Positions 1-9,782 of a DNA stretch of 64,000 bases are shown here, piece by piece. Source of the DNA: a virus. Position 1 is the first letter of the stretch, and every line of letters starts with the position of its first letter. The position numbers and the translations under genes were made by a program. Location of the stretch: positions 1 to 64,000 of IMG/VR virus record IMGVR_UViG_3300017778_004456; one strand, written 5' to 3'. Below the pieces are notes generated by a model. It worked only from the letters and a program-made list of their open reading frames with translations, was not told the origin of the DNA and did no database searches.

Positions 1-261
1 ACACAAGCTCACATTTGCTGCTACGGGATTCTTCAGTTCGACATTTACGTCAAGACGGACACCGGCACCAAGCGCCTGGATGAGATCGAAGATCTTCTGA
101 TGGACAAATTCTCGGATCTTCATCTGACAACTTCGGACAACGAAGATATCGTCATTCAGCAGCCTCGCCCAATCCTGTTCTCTCCCAAGGACGGTATCCT
201 CAGAAAATCGGTGCAATTCATGTTTCACCGAACGGAATTCCGAGACTCCCAGTTCGCTTGA
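1..261 (+). CDS. 3' part of probable tail terminator/completion protein
   Basis: Frame 1 is open from the window start to TGA at 259-261 (...GILQFDIYVKTDTGTKRLDEIEDLL...), directly upstream of the tail tube gene. Confidence 0.55.
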   Translation, partial: TQAHICCYGILQFDIYVKTDTGTKRLDEIEDLLMDKFSDLHLTTSDNEDIVIQQPRPILFSPKDGILRKSVQFMFHRTEFRDSQFA

Positions 262-277
262 GTCTTGTGGACCGAGC

Positions 278-306
278 TTGCCCTTCTGGAGTCTCCCGAG
301 TATAAG
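278..306 (+). promoter_or_regulatory. sigma70-like promoter for tail operon
   Basis: TTGCCC-N17-TATAAG, 60 nt upstream of the tail tube ATG. Confidence 0.45.
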
Positions 307-366
307 TTACCCTGACATCAGGCGACGGGGTCGCCGGAACCAACCAGCACCCCTGAGGGCATCATC

Positions 367-1803
367 ATGTCTGAGTCAAATCTTTCAGTACTCCGTTATC
401 GCGCCGAAGCAACCTTCGGTACGACTCCCGCCTCCCCGGCGTTCAAGGAACTTCTCAATCGAAGCTCCTCGCTCAAGTACGAGCCTCAGACGGTCACCGA
501 TGACCAGCTGAGCGGCGATCGCTCTATCCGAGACGCGAACCTTGTCGGCTATGATGTCAACGGCGACATCCAAGCGCGCCTCACCTACGGCGCTCTAGAC
601 GACATCTTCGAGTCGCTCATGTACTCGACTTGGAACGTTCGTCCGAGTCAGGTCTCCAGTGCCGTCACTGTATCGGCCTACACTGTCGCGGCTAACGGTA
701 CATCGTTTGTCGCTGGCATGCTCGTCTTCGCAAAGGGTTTTGCGACCGCCAACAACAACGGCCTGAAGCTTGTCGGATCAGGAAGCACGGCTACTAGCGT
801 CTCGGTCGCTGGTCTCACGGCTGAAGCTTCTCCTCCGGCCGGTGCGTCGATCACGGTCGTGGGCTTCCAAGGTGTCTCGGGTGGCGTGGCGATGACTGCT
901 TCGCCGAACGTCGCGACCTTCACGACTCTCAACCCCATCACGATGGGTATCGTCGTAGGCATGTGGATCAAGATGGGTGGCACTTTGGCGGCCACGCAGT
1001 TCACGAACACAGCGAACAACGGCTGGTATCGTGTCTCGGCTGTCACTGCCACGACTATCACCTTCGACGTTGTTCCGACTGGCTACACGGTCGACAACGG
1101 CGCAGCAAAGACGATCAGCATCTTCATGCCGGACTACATGCGTGACGGAACGACTCGTCGCTCCTTCACCTTCGAGCGTCAGTACTCCAACACGGCCGGA
1201 ACGGTCTACTACGAGTACTTCCGCGGATGCGTGATCGGCCAAGGTCGTATGCAGTTGCAGTCACGTCAGAACATCGAAGCCAACTTCGACGTTCTCGGTC
1301 TCACGGCTTCGGATGTGGGCACGGTTCGTCTGGCTTCCTCCACGACGATTGCACCTGAAGCTTCGAAGATCATGAACACTTCGTCGAACATCGCTCAAAT
1401 CCGAGCTGCAAACGCTCCCCTGACCGGCGCCGCTGCGACGATCTCTGCCAACATCATGATGAACAACAACCTTCGCACGCGAGAAGGTGTCGGCTCGTCG
1501 GCGGTTATCGATGTTCGCGCCGGTCGCTTCGATGCTCAGGTCGAGATGACCTCCTTCTTCGAGGACACGACCCTGATCAACAGGCTCCGCCTCGACCAGG
1601 AGACCTCGTTCGACTTCATCATGCGGACTCCGGACACGACCCAAGCCTACCTCGTGGACTTCCCGCGCGGAAAGTACACCGCTGGCGAGATCCAGACGGG
1701 CCGTATCGACACCGACATCACGACCCCGCTGACGATGCAGGCGTTGCGTCACGCCACGCTCGGGTATACCATGCAACTCGCACGTTTCAACTACGTCGAA
1801 TAG
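367..1803 (+). CDS. major tail tube protein
   Basis: 478 aa; N-terminal RYRAEATFGTTPASP and RSFTFERQY motifs of siphovirus tube proteins, a beta-rich insert, and position before chaperone and tape measure. Confidence 0.85.
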   Translation: MSESNLSVLRYRAEATFGTTPASPAFKELLNRSSSLKYEPQTVTDDQLSGDRSIRDANLVGYDVNGDIQARLTYGALDDIFESLMYSTWNVRPSQVSSAVTVSAYTVAANGTSFVAGMLVFAKGFATANNNGLKLVGSGSTATSVSVAGLTAEASPPAGASITVVGFQGVSGGVAMTASPNVATFTTLNPITMGIVVGMWIKMGGTLAATQFTNTANNGWYRVSAVTATTITFDVVPTGYTVDNGAAKTISIFMPDYMRDGTTRRSFTFERQYSNTAGTVYYEYFRGCVIGQGRMQLQSRQNIEANFDVLGLTASDVGTVRLASSTTIAPEASKIMNTSSNIAQIRAANAPLTGAAATISANIMMNNNLRTREGVGSSAVIDVRAGRFDAQVEMTSFFEDTTLINRLRLDQETSFDFIMRTPDTTQAYLVDFPRGKYTAGEIQTGRIDTDITTPLTMQALRHATLGYTMQLARFNYVE

Positions 1804-1816
1804 AACAGGAGAGGTT

Positions 1817-2242
1817 ATGAGTCTCTACACTCGCTTTAGCTACGACAAGGATCTGGCTGACAACGGGAACTGGATCCCCTTCGGTGAAGGGGTTGAGTTC
1901 AAGATGCGCCGGCTCAACTCTCCTCTCGTTCAGGAGAAACGTCGTCAGCTGGAACAACCCTACGAAGCTCTCCTCAGGACGGGCGGGTCGCTCGGTGAGG
2001 ATATCCTCCGGGGTATTCTGGTCAACATGATGGCCGAGTCGGTCATCCTCGGCTGGAAAGGTGTGACGGATTCATCCAACGTGCCGATGGAGTTCTCTAT
2101 CGCAAACGCGAAGACGCTCCTCACTGACCTGCCGGACTTGGTCCGTGTGCTGGTCGATCTCGCCTCTGATCGTGACCTTTTCAAGGCGGCGGTCGATGGT
2201 GAAGCGGCAAAAAACTCCGGGAAAGCCTCCGAAGCAGTCTAA
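1817..2242 (+). CDS. tail assembly chaperone (gpG-like)
   Basis: Lies between tube and tape measure; AGGAGAGG RBS; GWKGV motif; slippery site near the 3' end. Confidence 0.85.
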   Translation: MSLYTRFSYDKDLADNGNWIPFGEGVEFKMRRLNSPLVQEKRRQLEQPYEALLRTGGSLGEDILRGILVNMMAESVILGWKGVTDSSNVPMEFSIANAKTLLTDLPDLVRVLVDLASDRDLFKAAVDGEAAKNSGKASEAV

Positions 2243-2559
2243 ACAACTCTTCGCAGGCTGACATCATCGCTGCCCTGGAGGAGCAAGGCTTTCACGCGAA
2301 AGCTTCGCAACTCCGGGGTAGGATTCCCCAGATTCCAGAGACCTTACGTTGGGCTTGGATGGCTTTTCAAGAGCTGTCAAGGCGCAGGTCTTTTGGAGGT
2401 CTTGGAGTCAACCCTATATCGTATCAGGAGATCTCGGCGTACTGTACGCTGAGGAAGCTTAGGCACGATGACGACATTGCTGACCTAGTCTTCTTCGTTT
2501 CAGAACTTGATGACGAATATATGAAGTTCGTCGCGGAGAGCTCCAAGGATGGCAAATGA
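2209..2559 (+). CDS. gpGT-like -1 frameshift extension of tail chaperone
   Basis: A-AAA-AAC heptamer at 2209-2215 in the gpG frame; the -1 frame is open to 2559 and includes the ORF at 2359 (WMAFQELSRRR...NPISYQEISAY). Confidence 0.85.
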   Translation, partial: KKLRESLRSSLNNSSQADIIAALEEQGFHAKASQLRGRIPQIPETLRWAWMAFQELSRRRSFGGLGVNPISYQEISAYCTLRKLRHDDDIADLVFFVSELDDEYMKFVAESSKDGK

Positions 2560-5500
2560 AATTGACATCCGCGTAGACAGTAACCCATCGCGTCAGGGCA
2601 TTCGCCGAATCGAAGCCGCTCTCGTCGCGATGGGTCGTACTGCTAATCGCGTTGGTCAACAATCTGATGCGGCCTTCACACGTCTCTACGAACAAATTCG
2701 TCTTACGGCTGAGAGCGCTGGTGACCTTCGTTCACGCATCGACGCGCTCTCGGGAATCAGTCCAATCCTACAGCGGCTGAGCCAAGCCTCTGGACCTTCG
2801 GCTGGAATGATCAGTTCTGTAAAAGACCTGATCACTATAATGCGTCAGGCCGAGAAGATTGACTCCACGAAATTCAAGAAGCTTATCAGCGATATCGGCA
2901 GCGTTAAGGTTAAGTCAACCGTAGACTTTACGACCCTTGCCAATGGCATCAAAGCCCTGAAGGGTGCGATGGCCATCAATGTTGATAGTTCAAACCTAGA
3001 CTCGATGGTGATCGCCATCGGTCAGATTAGCGCAGCTTCGCCGAGCGCAGCTAAGGTTAAGAACCTCTTGGCTCTTGGCCAGGCGATGCAGACCTTCGGA
3101 AGTTTCCGTGCGCCTCTGGCGGCTTCTGTCACTAACTTCACCAACTTTGTCGCGGCTCTTTCTAAGATTGATCCCGGTAAGGTTTCCGCTTTTGACTCGC
3201 TGGGAAGATCTCTCTCCGGCTTCGATCCGAGTAAGCTGAGGTTTACTGCCGCTCAAGCAACCTCTCTCCAGAGGCTTCTGGCGGCTATCCAAGGACTGAA
3301 CATCACGACTGGAACTGGAGCAGCTCTCCAGGGTCTGGCTCGCGTTCTTCAAGGCCTCGCTGCTCAGGCGAACGCTGCTACCGCTTCGATCAATGCCGCG
3401 AATAATGCCGCGAATAATGGAACTCGCGAGTTCAGAGCGTTCGGTGGACAGATCGGAACACTGTCGTCTTTCATCGGTCGTACGGAAGCGGCCTTCCAAG
3501 GTTTCGTTGCGATCCTCGGTACGAACGCGATCCTTCGGGAAATTGGAACTCTTCAGAAGTTCCAGTCCGGCTTGACTGCAATCGGCGGAGCAAGCTCTTT
3601 CGCTGCGGTTGAGATGCGCCGCGCAAACGATATTGCCGACCGCTTCGGTATCTCGCTGAACGCCGTGGCTGGCGGATACTCACAGATGCTCGCCGCCGCG
3701 AACTCCTCGGACCTACTGAATCTGGATGAAGCTCGTGAGATTTTTGAAGGTGTCTCGCAGGCCGTCCGAGTCTTCGGTCTGAGTACTGAGGATGCCGAGG
3801 GCGTGTATCGAGCTTTGACACAGATCGTGTCAAAAGGCTCTCTGCAGATGGAAGAACTCCGCGGACAGTTGGGCGATCGCCTGCCCGGCGCGGTCTCAAT
3901 CTTTGCGCGGGGACTTGGCGTCACGACTGCTCAGTTGATGGACATGACTAAGCAAGCTGAGGTTACTGGAGATACCCTGAAGAGGGGCTTGCTCGGATTC
4001 TCGAGTGAGTTGAAGTCTATCACTGACGCAGGTCTTGGTGAGGCCTCCACATCGGTCATCGCAGAGCTTGGAAGACTGAGCACGGCCTTCACCAATTTCT
4101 CTGGAATGCTCGGTGAGTCCGGCTTCTCAGAAGCGATTATCAATATCTCTGAGACTCTCCGCTCTGTGATGTCGTCGGGCATTACCGAGTTCTTGATCGG
4201 TGGTCTAGGTGGCGCGCTAGCTCTAGTGACAAGCAACATGGGCTTCCTCGCTGGCTCTGTTACTCTGTTTGGAGTCAGACTTCTTCTCTCCCGCCAAGCA
4301 GTTAATCAATTCGGTCTCGCAACTACAGCGATCGGAGTTCATGCAATCAACGCGGCCACGGCATATACCGCAGCCACGACCGCAATAACCGCTGGCATCA
4401 CTCGGGCTACGGTAGCTCTTAGGGCCATGCAAGCTGCTGGAACCGGGGCTTGGGCCACTGCCACAATGGCAGCTCTACGCGGTGTCGGGGCAGCGGGGGT
4501 GGCAGCTTTCACAAGCGTAGGAGTTGCCCTTAGAAGTCTGTTTCAACTCATGGTCACAAATCCGTTTACGACTTTGGCCGTCCTACTGCTGACTATTCCC
4601 CCTATCCTTGAGGCTATTAGCCGATCTTTCGATAACGCTAGAATCGCTCAGGACGGATTGAACAGATCTTCTGAGATACAGTCGAAACTACTTGTGGATG
4701 TCTCACAGGGAGCGAAAGAAGCGGCTGCTAACTACGCGAAACTGACGGATCAACAGCGTCTTCAGGAGAAGATTAAGCTCGATCAGCAGGTCGATGAATT
4801 GCTGAAAGTTAAGGCTGCTCAGGATAAGATTATCCTTGGCTGGCAGTTGGTTGGTGATGCGTTCGTTTCCGGTACTGGAGCTGAATATAGCGGCACCGGC
4901 AGAATGGAGGATGAACTCGCCATAATGGCAGTTCGCTCCAAAGTCGGAGTCATGTTCAGGTCTGACAAGAAGATCGAGATAGATCTTCTTAAGAAGGTTC
5001 AGACAGAGCTTCGAACGATCCGAGACAGGTACGGAGAACTTAGCGGTCCCGGTCAGAAAGCCTTTGAAGAAACCGAAGCCGCTATCATGAGGGTATTGGA
5101 GACTTCTTCTCAGGCTAGCGAAGTTCTGAAGCAGTTCAAAGCCTCGGGCGAAAACCTATCCGAACTGCCCCAGGAGGTTCAAGATCTTCTCACTTTCTTC
5201 GAGGATACCAAAACTTCCATTGAAGGCGCAACTAGCGCAGTCCGAGAGCTCTACTCCTCCTTGGAGAAACCACCTTCGATTCAGGACCTGAAGGATCAAA
5301 TCGATAAAGCGACAGCTCAGCTTAAGAGCGGAGATGCCAAAGGCGCAGACTTGACTCTTCGCTCAGACGAGATTCGGAAAAGAGCTGGCTCTGAAGAGTT
5401 CGCAGTTGCTAACGAGCAGCGAATTAACGAGCTCGTCAAGGAACGTATGGATATGTTCAGGGAGGAAGCTCAAAAATCTCCAGGATTCCTGAGAGGGTTT

Positions 5501-7216
5501 ATTTCTGATCTAGTCATGGGTCCTCAGAGACTGCAGGATGCAACAGACTTCGTCAAGACTCAACTGGCTATCGAAGAAGACGCACTCCTAAAGACGATGG
5601 GAGACTTGGGAGATAGGGTCAAAGCAATTCTTGATCCTCCAAAGAGTCGTAGCCGGACAGATCCCGCGGAGCAGGAACTGAAATCAGCAACATCCCTACT
5701 CCAGAATTTGAATGCTAGATACGCCGCAGAGCAGCAACTGAAAGACATTCAGGCTGCTATTGGTGTTCTTCGGGTTAAGGACGCTGATACCCTGAAGGCT
5801 ATGGGCGGCAGTCTAGCCCTCAATCTCATGGCAGCAATCAATTACAAGAAGACGATCGATCAGATCGATAAGGATAAGAGGCAACAGGCTCGAGAAGATC
5901 GTGGAACAGCAATGTTCGGGAACGATGAACAGCAGAGAGTCACTGCACTCTTGGACGGGTTTAGGAACCTACAGGGTCGAGATAAGATCATAGACGACTA
6001 TAAGAAGAAGTTTCAGGAGCTCTTCAAAGAAGTCGGTTACGGTCGGGAGTTCTTCAACGGCTTGGCGCTCGGCGTTAAGGCCATGAATGACGAATTGTCA
6101 GAATTCGACACTGAGGAATTGACTAAGTCGATGAAAGATGTCGACTCTGTCCTAGATCGTTTCAACGGTCAGTTCGACGGCAACTCTAGAGATGCTCAGC
6201 GTAAAGATCTAGCTTCTCAAATGGACACTATTCAGAAGCTCATCGACGGCGGTGCCTTGATGGGAGAAAACATGGACAAGGCAAGGAAAGCTGTCCAGCT
6301 TCTAGGGTACGAACTCAATCAGTTGACTGTCATCGGCGACGTCTTCAGAGTCGGTCTCGACAGTATCGAATCTGGCCTCATGAACTTGGCGGATGAACTC
6401 CTCCAGGGCGAGATGGACTGGGAGTCATGGGGCAGGACTATCATCCGCGAACTGTATCGCGTCATGATCGTTAAGCCTATCGTCGATTGGATTGCATCGG
6501 CTCTGTCTATGGGGATGAGTAACCTTGTCCCGGGCGGTGTCAGCGGGCTTATAGGAGGAGGGAACAAACTTCCTGGTTCCGGCGCAAATGGTCTCCCGGC
6601 TGGCAGACTAGGACCTGCTCACACTGGCGGAGTCATTGATGAAGTCGTAGGTATGCGTTCCGGCCGGATGCACACCGGCGGAATTACCAAGACGATGATG
6701 GAGCGCATGTCCGACGTAGGCTCCATGATTCGCGGGAACGAGAAGCTCGTGAGCATCCTGGCAGGTTCTGAGGTTGTGAAGTACGGCGACAAGCGTAACA
6801 GCAAAACGCCGCGACCCACTATCATCCTTAAGAACGAGGAGATCCTTGGGCCGAACCATCCCTTGAATGTGCGTAACTCTTCGCGCCGTGGATCACAGGG
6901 AATGTTTGACAAGATGCACACCGGCGGAGTTGTCGGACGTGCTTACGGCGTGTCGGCGCAAAAGGCGGGCGGTGTAAGCCCCGCCCCGGTTGTTAACGCG
7001 CCGTCACAACATTTGCAGAAACCTATGGCGGTGACCATCGTAACTAACGTCAACGTCACGGATAACGGTGGCGGCAAGCAGGCATCAGGTGGACGTGGTC
7101 TTGATCCTCAGATGATGAAGGAAGTCGCTCGTCAACTTTCAGATAGCCAACGTTCGGGTATATTGGACGTAATGAATCGTCGGGAAACTGGTCGCAGCAT
7201 GAAGGTTAATGGATAA
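2549..7216 (+). CDS. tape measure protein
   Basis: 1555 aa, Ala-rich and helical; tape-measure domain (ALTQIVSKGSLQMEELRGQLGDRLPGA); C-terminal HTGG motifs. Confidence 0.95.
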   Translation: MANEIDIRVDSNPSRQGIRRIEAALVAMGRTANRVGQQSDAAFTRLYEQIRLTAESAGDLRSRIDALSGISPILQRLSQASGPSAGMISSVKDLITIMRQAEKIDSTKFKKLISDIGSVKVKSTVDFTTLANGIKALKGAMAINVDSSNLDSMVIAIGQISAASPSAAKVKNLLALGQAMQTFGSFRAPLAASVTNFTNFVAALSKIDPGKVSAFDSLGRSLSGFDPSKLRFTAAQATSLQRLLAAIQGLNITTGTGAALQGLARVLQGLAAQANAATASINAANNAANNGTREFRAFGGQIGTLSSFIGRTEAAFQGFVAILGTNAILREIGTLQKFQSGLTAIGGASSFAAVEMRRANDIADRFGISLNAVAGGYSQMLAAANSSDLLNLDEAREIFEGVSQAVRVFGLSTEDAEGVYRALTQIVSKGSLQMEELRGQLGDRLPGAVSIFARGLGVTTAQLMDMTKQAEVTGDTLKRGLLGFSSELKSITDAGLGEASTSVIAELGRLSTAFTNFSGMLGESGFSEAIINISETLRSVMSSGITEFLIGGLGGALALVTSNMGFLAGSVTLFGVRLLLSRQAVNQFGLATTAIGVHAINAATAYTAATTAITAGITRATVALRAMQAAGTGAWATATMAALRGVGAAGVAAFTSVGVALRSLFQLMVTNPFTTLAVLLLTIPPILEAISRSFDNARIAQDGLNRSSEIQSKLLVDVSQGAKEAAANYAKLTDQQRLQEKIKLDQQVDELLKVKAAQDKIILGWQLVGDAFVSGTGAEYSGTGRMEDELAIMAVRSKVGVMFRSDKKIEIDLLKKVQTELRTIRDRYGELSGPGQKAFEETEAAIMRVLETSSQASEVLKQFKASGENLSELPQEVQDLLTFFEDTKTSIEGATSAVRELYSSLEKPPSIQDLKDQIDKATAQLKSGDAKGADLTLRSDEIRKRAGSEEFAVANEQRINELVKERMDMFREEAQKSPGFLRGFISDLVMGPQRLQDATDFVKTQLAIEEDALLKTMGDLGDRVKAILDPPKSRSRTDPAEQELKSATSLLQNLNARYAAEQQLKDIQAAIGVLRVKDADTLKAMGGSLALNLMAAINYKKTIDQIDKDKRQQAREDRGTAMFGNDEQQRVTALLDGFRNLQGRDKIIDDYKKKFQELFKEVGYGREFFNGLALGVKAMNDELSEFDTEELTKSMKDVDSVLDRFNGQFDGNSRDAQRKDLASQMDTIQKLIDGGALMGENMDKARKAVQLLGYELNQLTVIGDVFRVGLDSIESGLMNLADELLQGEMDWESWGRTIIRELYRVMIVKPIVDWIASALSMGMSNLVPGGVSGLIGGGNKLPGSGANGLPAGRLGPAHTGGVIDEVVGMRSGRMHTGGITKTMMERMSDVGSMIRGNEKLVSILAGSEVVKYGDKRNSKTPRPTIILKNEEILGPNHPLNVRNSSRRGSQGMFDKMHTGGVVGRAYGVSAQKAGGVSPAPVVNAPSQHLQKPMAVTIVTNVNVTDNGGGKQASGGRGLDPQMMKEVARQLSDSQRSGILDVMNRRETGRSMKVNG

Positions 7217-7560
7217 TGCCTACGACTTTCAACCCTCCTGTCCCTCCCTCGCAACCCTTGGACATGTCTCTGAGTCCCAAGGTTATCCGAGCAGACTTCG
7301 GTGATGGCTACTCAGCCGGCATCCGGGATGGCATTTACAATCAGCTGATCACCGAGCTGACACTGAACTGGACGGATATCTCGACATCCGAGCGAGACAC
7401 AATAGTCAACTTCATGCTGGCTACAGGCGGAGCCGATAAATTCTTCTACACGCTTCCGACTGAGTCAACTCAGAAATCTTTCTACTACGTGAGCATGAAC
7501 CGAAGACTCAAGAGAGGAACTCTTGTGGATCTCAGTGTGACGATTAAGGAAGTCCCATGA
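7216..7560 (+). CDS. minor tail protein, lambda gpM-like
   Basis: 114 aa with FGDGYS motif directly after the tape measure. Confidence 0.85.
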   Translation: MPTTFNPPVPPSQPLDMSLSPKVIRADFGDGYSAGIRDGIYNQLITELTLNWTDISTSERDTIVNFMLATGGADKFFYTLPTESTQKSFYYVSMNRRLKRGTLVDLSVTIKEVP

Positions 7561-8267
7561 CCGTTCGTCAGGAAATTCATAAGATAACTGAGGCTAGTCC
7601 GTTTGTCAATCTGTATAAGATTGACCTGACGCGTCTCAACGGTCCGATCGTGTACCTTACGGACAATGTCAACGGGATAGTCCTGTTCGACGGACAATCA
7701 TACCAACCTAGTTCAATCGAGCTGAGTGGTCTGGATGTAAACGCTGAGAGCTCCTCCTCCACGCCGACTGTGCAGATTGAGCATCTCGGCGGACCTATCC
7801 TTGCGTACATCAACGCTTACTCAGATCTGGCGGGCGCACAGTTCTACCGGATTCGAACCTATCAGAAGTTCTTGGATGGTCAGTCTGCGGCGGACCCTAC
7901 TCAAACTCTTCCGATGGACAAGTTTCTCATCGAACGGATGTCCTCTCTAGATGCGGTTTCAGCGACGTTTGAACTTAAGCCTGTTCTGTCGTTCTCTGAA
8001 CTGAAGCTCCCCAAGCGGATCATTCTTCGAAACGCCTGTGATTTCATCTATCGCCGTCCCTACTTCAACGGGACAGCATACGTTTATGATTACAGTAAGG
8101 CAACTTGTCCGGCGGGAGCTGGTCAGGGAGCCTACACCTTCATGGGCGTATCCACAACTATTCAGAATGACGTGTGCGCGAAAAGCCTTTCAGCCTGTAA
8201 GCTCCGCTTCGGAGCTAGTGCGGAACTTCCATTTCGCGGATATCCGGGAGTCAATAGGACGCGATGA
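7557..8267 (+). CDS. minor tail protein, lambda gpL-like
   Basis: RIRTYQKFLD motif and C-terminal Cys cluster (DVCAKSLSACKLRFG...PFRGYPG). Confidence 0.9.
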   Translation: MTVRQEIHKITEASPFVNLYKIDLTRLNGPIVYLTDNVNGIVLFDGQSYQPSSIELSGLDVNAESSSSTPTVQIEHLGGPILAYINAYSDLAGAQFYRIRTYQKFLDGQSAADPTQTLPMDKFLIERMSSLDAVSATFELKPVLSFSELKLPKRIILRNACDFIYRRPYFNGTAYVYDYSKATCPAGAGQGAYTFMGVSTTIQNDVCAKSLSACKLRFGASAELPFRGYPGVNRTR

Positions 8268-9022
8268 TCGAAACGATTTCTGAAGATACTCGCAAGTCGA
8301 TGATCCTTCACGCCTGCAACGAGTTTCCACGCGAGGCTTGTGGGCTGCTTCTTAAGGACGGAAGTTATGTCCCGTGTCGAAATGTTCATGAAACGCCCGA
8401 GATGAACTTCAAGATGAATCCCGAGGATTTCATGGCTCATCCTGTGAAAGAAATCGCGGCTGTCTTCCACAGTCATCCTGGCGGGCTCCAGTGTCCCTCT
8501 GCGTCGGACATGCAGTCTCAGATGTCGATGAACCTACCTTGGATCATTCTTCCGCTTAAGGAGGACTTACTGTATCCTATGTTCTCCTTCGGCGGTTCCG
8601 TGAAGCCTCCGCTGGTGGGTAGACCATTTCGCCACGGTGTGACAGACTGCTTCAGCACCCTATTGGATGGAACAGCTGAACTCTTCGGCTGGCGTCATAA
8701 AGACTTCCCGCGGGACTGGGAATGGTGGCATGGTAATGAAGATCTCTACATGAACCACTTCTTAGAGTATGGCTACGAGAGGTTCGACGGTAACATAGTC
8801 GAGCCTCAACCAGCAGATATCCTATTGTGCTCTGTGGGTGCTCGTGGTAAGTTCAACCATGGAATCCTTTACCTAGGAAACTCCGAGGGTCTTCACCATG
8901 TCGGGTCACGTAAGGAATACGATTCGACACGTCTCTCGAGGCGAGAAAACATCCTCCGGTATGTTTCGCCCGGATCAGTCTGGCTACGAAAAAGCCCTAA
9001 CGCAATCCGGTTTGCAATCTAA
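8264..9022 (+). CDS. tail assembly protein, lambda gpK-like (JAB + NlpC/P60)
   Basis: PREACGLL and FHSHP...PSASD (JAB); GRPFRHGVTDC and NHGILY (NlpC/P60). Confidence 0.9.
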   Translation: MIETISEDTRKSMILHACNEFPREACGLLLKDGSYVPCRNVHETPEMNFKMNPEDFMAHPVKEIAAVFHSHPGGLQCPSASDMQSQMSMNLPWIILPLKEDLLYPMFSFGGSVKPPLVGRPFRHGVTDCFSTLLDGTAELFGWRHKDFPRDWEWWHGNEDLYMNHFLEYGYERFDGNIVEPQPADILLCSVGARGKFNHGILYLGNSEGLHHVGSRKEYDSTRLSRRENILRYVSPGSVWLRKSPNAIRFAI

Positions 9023-9779
9023 GCGAACCATCATTCTCCACGGCGAGCTGGGCGAGAAATTCGGAAAAACTCACGAGATCGCCGCACATCGCGGAAGTGA
9101 GATCATCCGACATCTCGTGAGCTTCTATAGCGACTTCGCCCCGTACTTCGCAGAACGTCAGTGGGAGATGAAGATCGGAGAGCGCGCCGTCGACTACGAG
9201 ATGGAACTTCGCTTTCCTCTGAATGCCAATACTGTTGAAATTTTTCCAGTCGTCGCCGGCGGCAAGACAAAAGGACTTGGAAAGATCCTTACTGGAATGC
9301 TTATCATCGGCTTGACGATTGCTACGGCAGGTGGATTCGCAGCCTTTGGATCAGCTTTCGCCGCAGGCTTCGGTGGAACCGCGGTCGCAGGAGCTTCTGG
9401 TATCGCCGGAGGTATCGCGGCTAGTACCGCTGCTGTCGGAGCCGCAGGTATAATGATCCCTTTCCTAGGAGTCTCTCTGTCGACGATCGGTCTTATGTTC
9501 GGTTCAGCGATGATCCTAGGTGGACTCGCTCAGGCTCTTGCCCCGAAGGTTGAGAATGACGACCCCTCTGCGAGGGGTCCTGAGTCATTCATCTTCAACG
9601 AAGTTACGAACACGACTGGAGAAGGGAACCCAGTTCCCCTCTGCTTCGGTAAATTCTTGACTGGCTCGCACGTCATCCACGGATCTATTCGGAACTCGAA
9701 CATCCGCAGTTTCTCTCATGATCCAAATTTCCCGGAAGGGCAACCCGGATTTAATGCCAACGACTGGGTCTTGAGGTAG
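9012..9779 (+). CDS. tail assembly protein, lambda gpI-like
   Basis: IILHGELGEKFG, Gly/Ala hydrophobic centre, NTTGEGNPVPLCFG; start uncertain (TTG at 9012). Confidence 0.85.
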   Translation: MQSKRTIILHGELGEKFGKTHEIAAHRGSEIIRHLVSFYSDFAPYFAERQWEMKIGERAVDYEMELRFPLNANTVEIFPVVAGGKTKGLGKILTGMLIIGLTIATAGGFAAFGSAFAAGFGGTAVAGASGIAGGIAASTAAVGAAGIMIPFLGVSLSTIGLMFGSAMILGGLAQALAPKVENDDPSARGPESFIFNEVTNTTGEGNPVPLCFGKFLTGSHVIHGSIRNSNIRSFSHDPNFPEGQPGFNANDWVLR

Positions 9780-9782
9780 TAC

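Noticed and set aside
278-306. TC/GA-rich late promoter as proof that only early promoters avoid modification
   Set aside because: It has 5 TC/GA in 29 nt, but this is a single unverified promoter, and some early promoter spacers also contain 2-3.
6610-6935. Three HTGG motifs at the tape measure C-terminus
   Set aside because: This motif is common in tape measure proteins, with no sign of a separate system.
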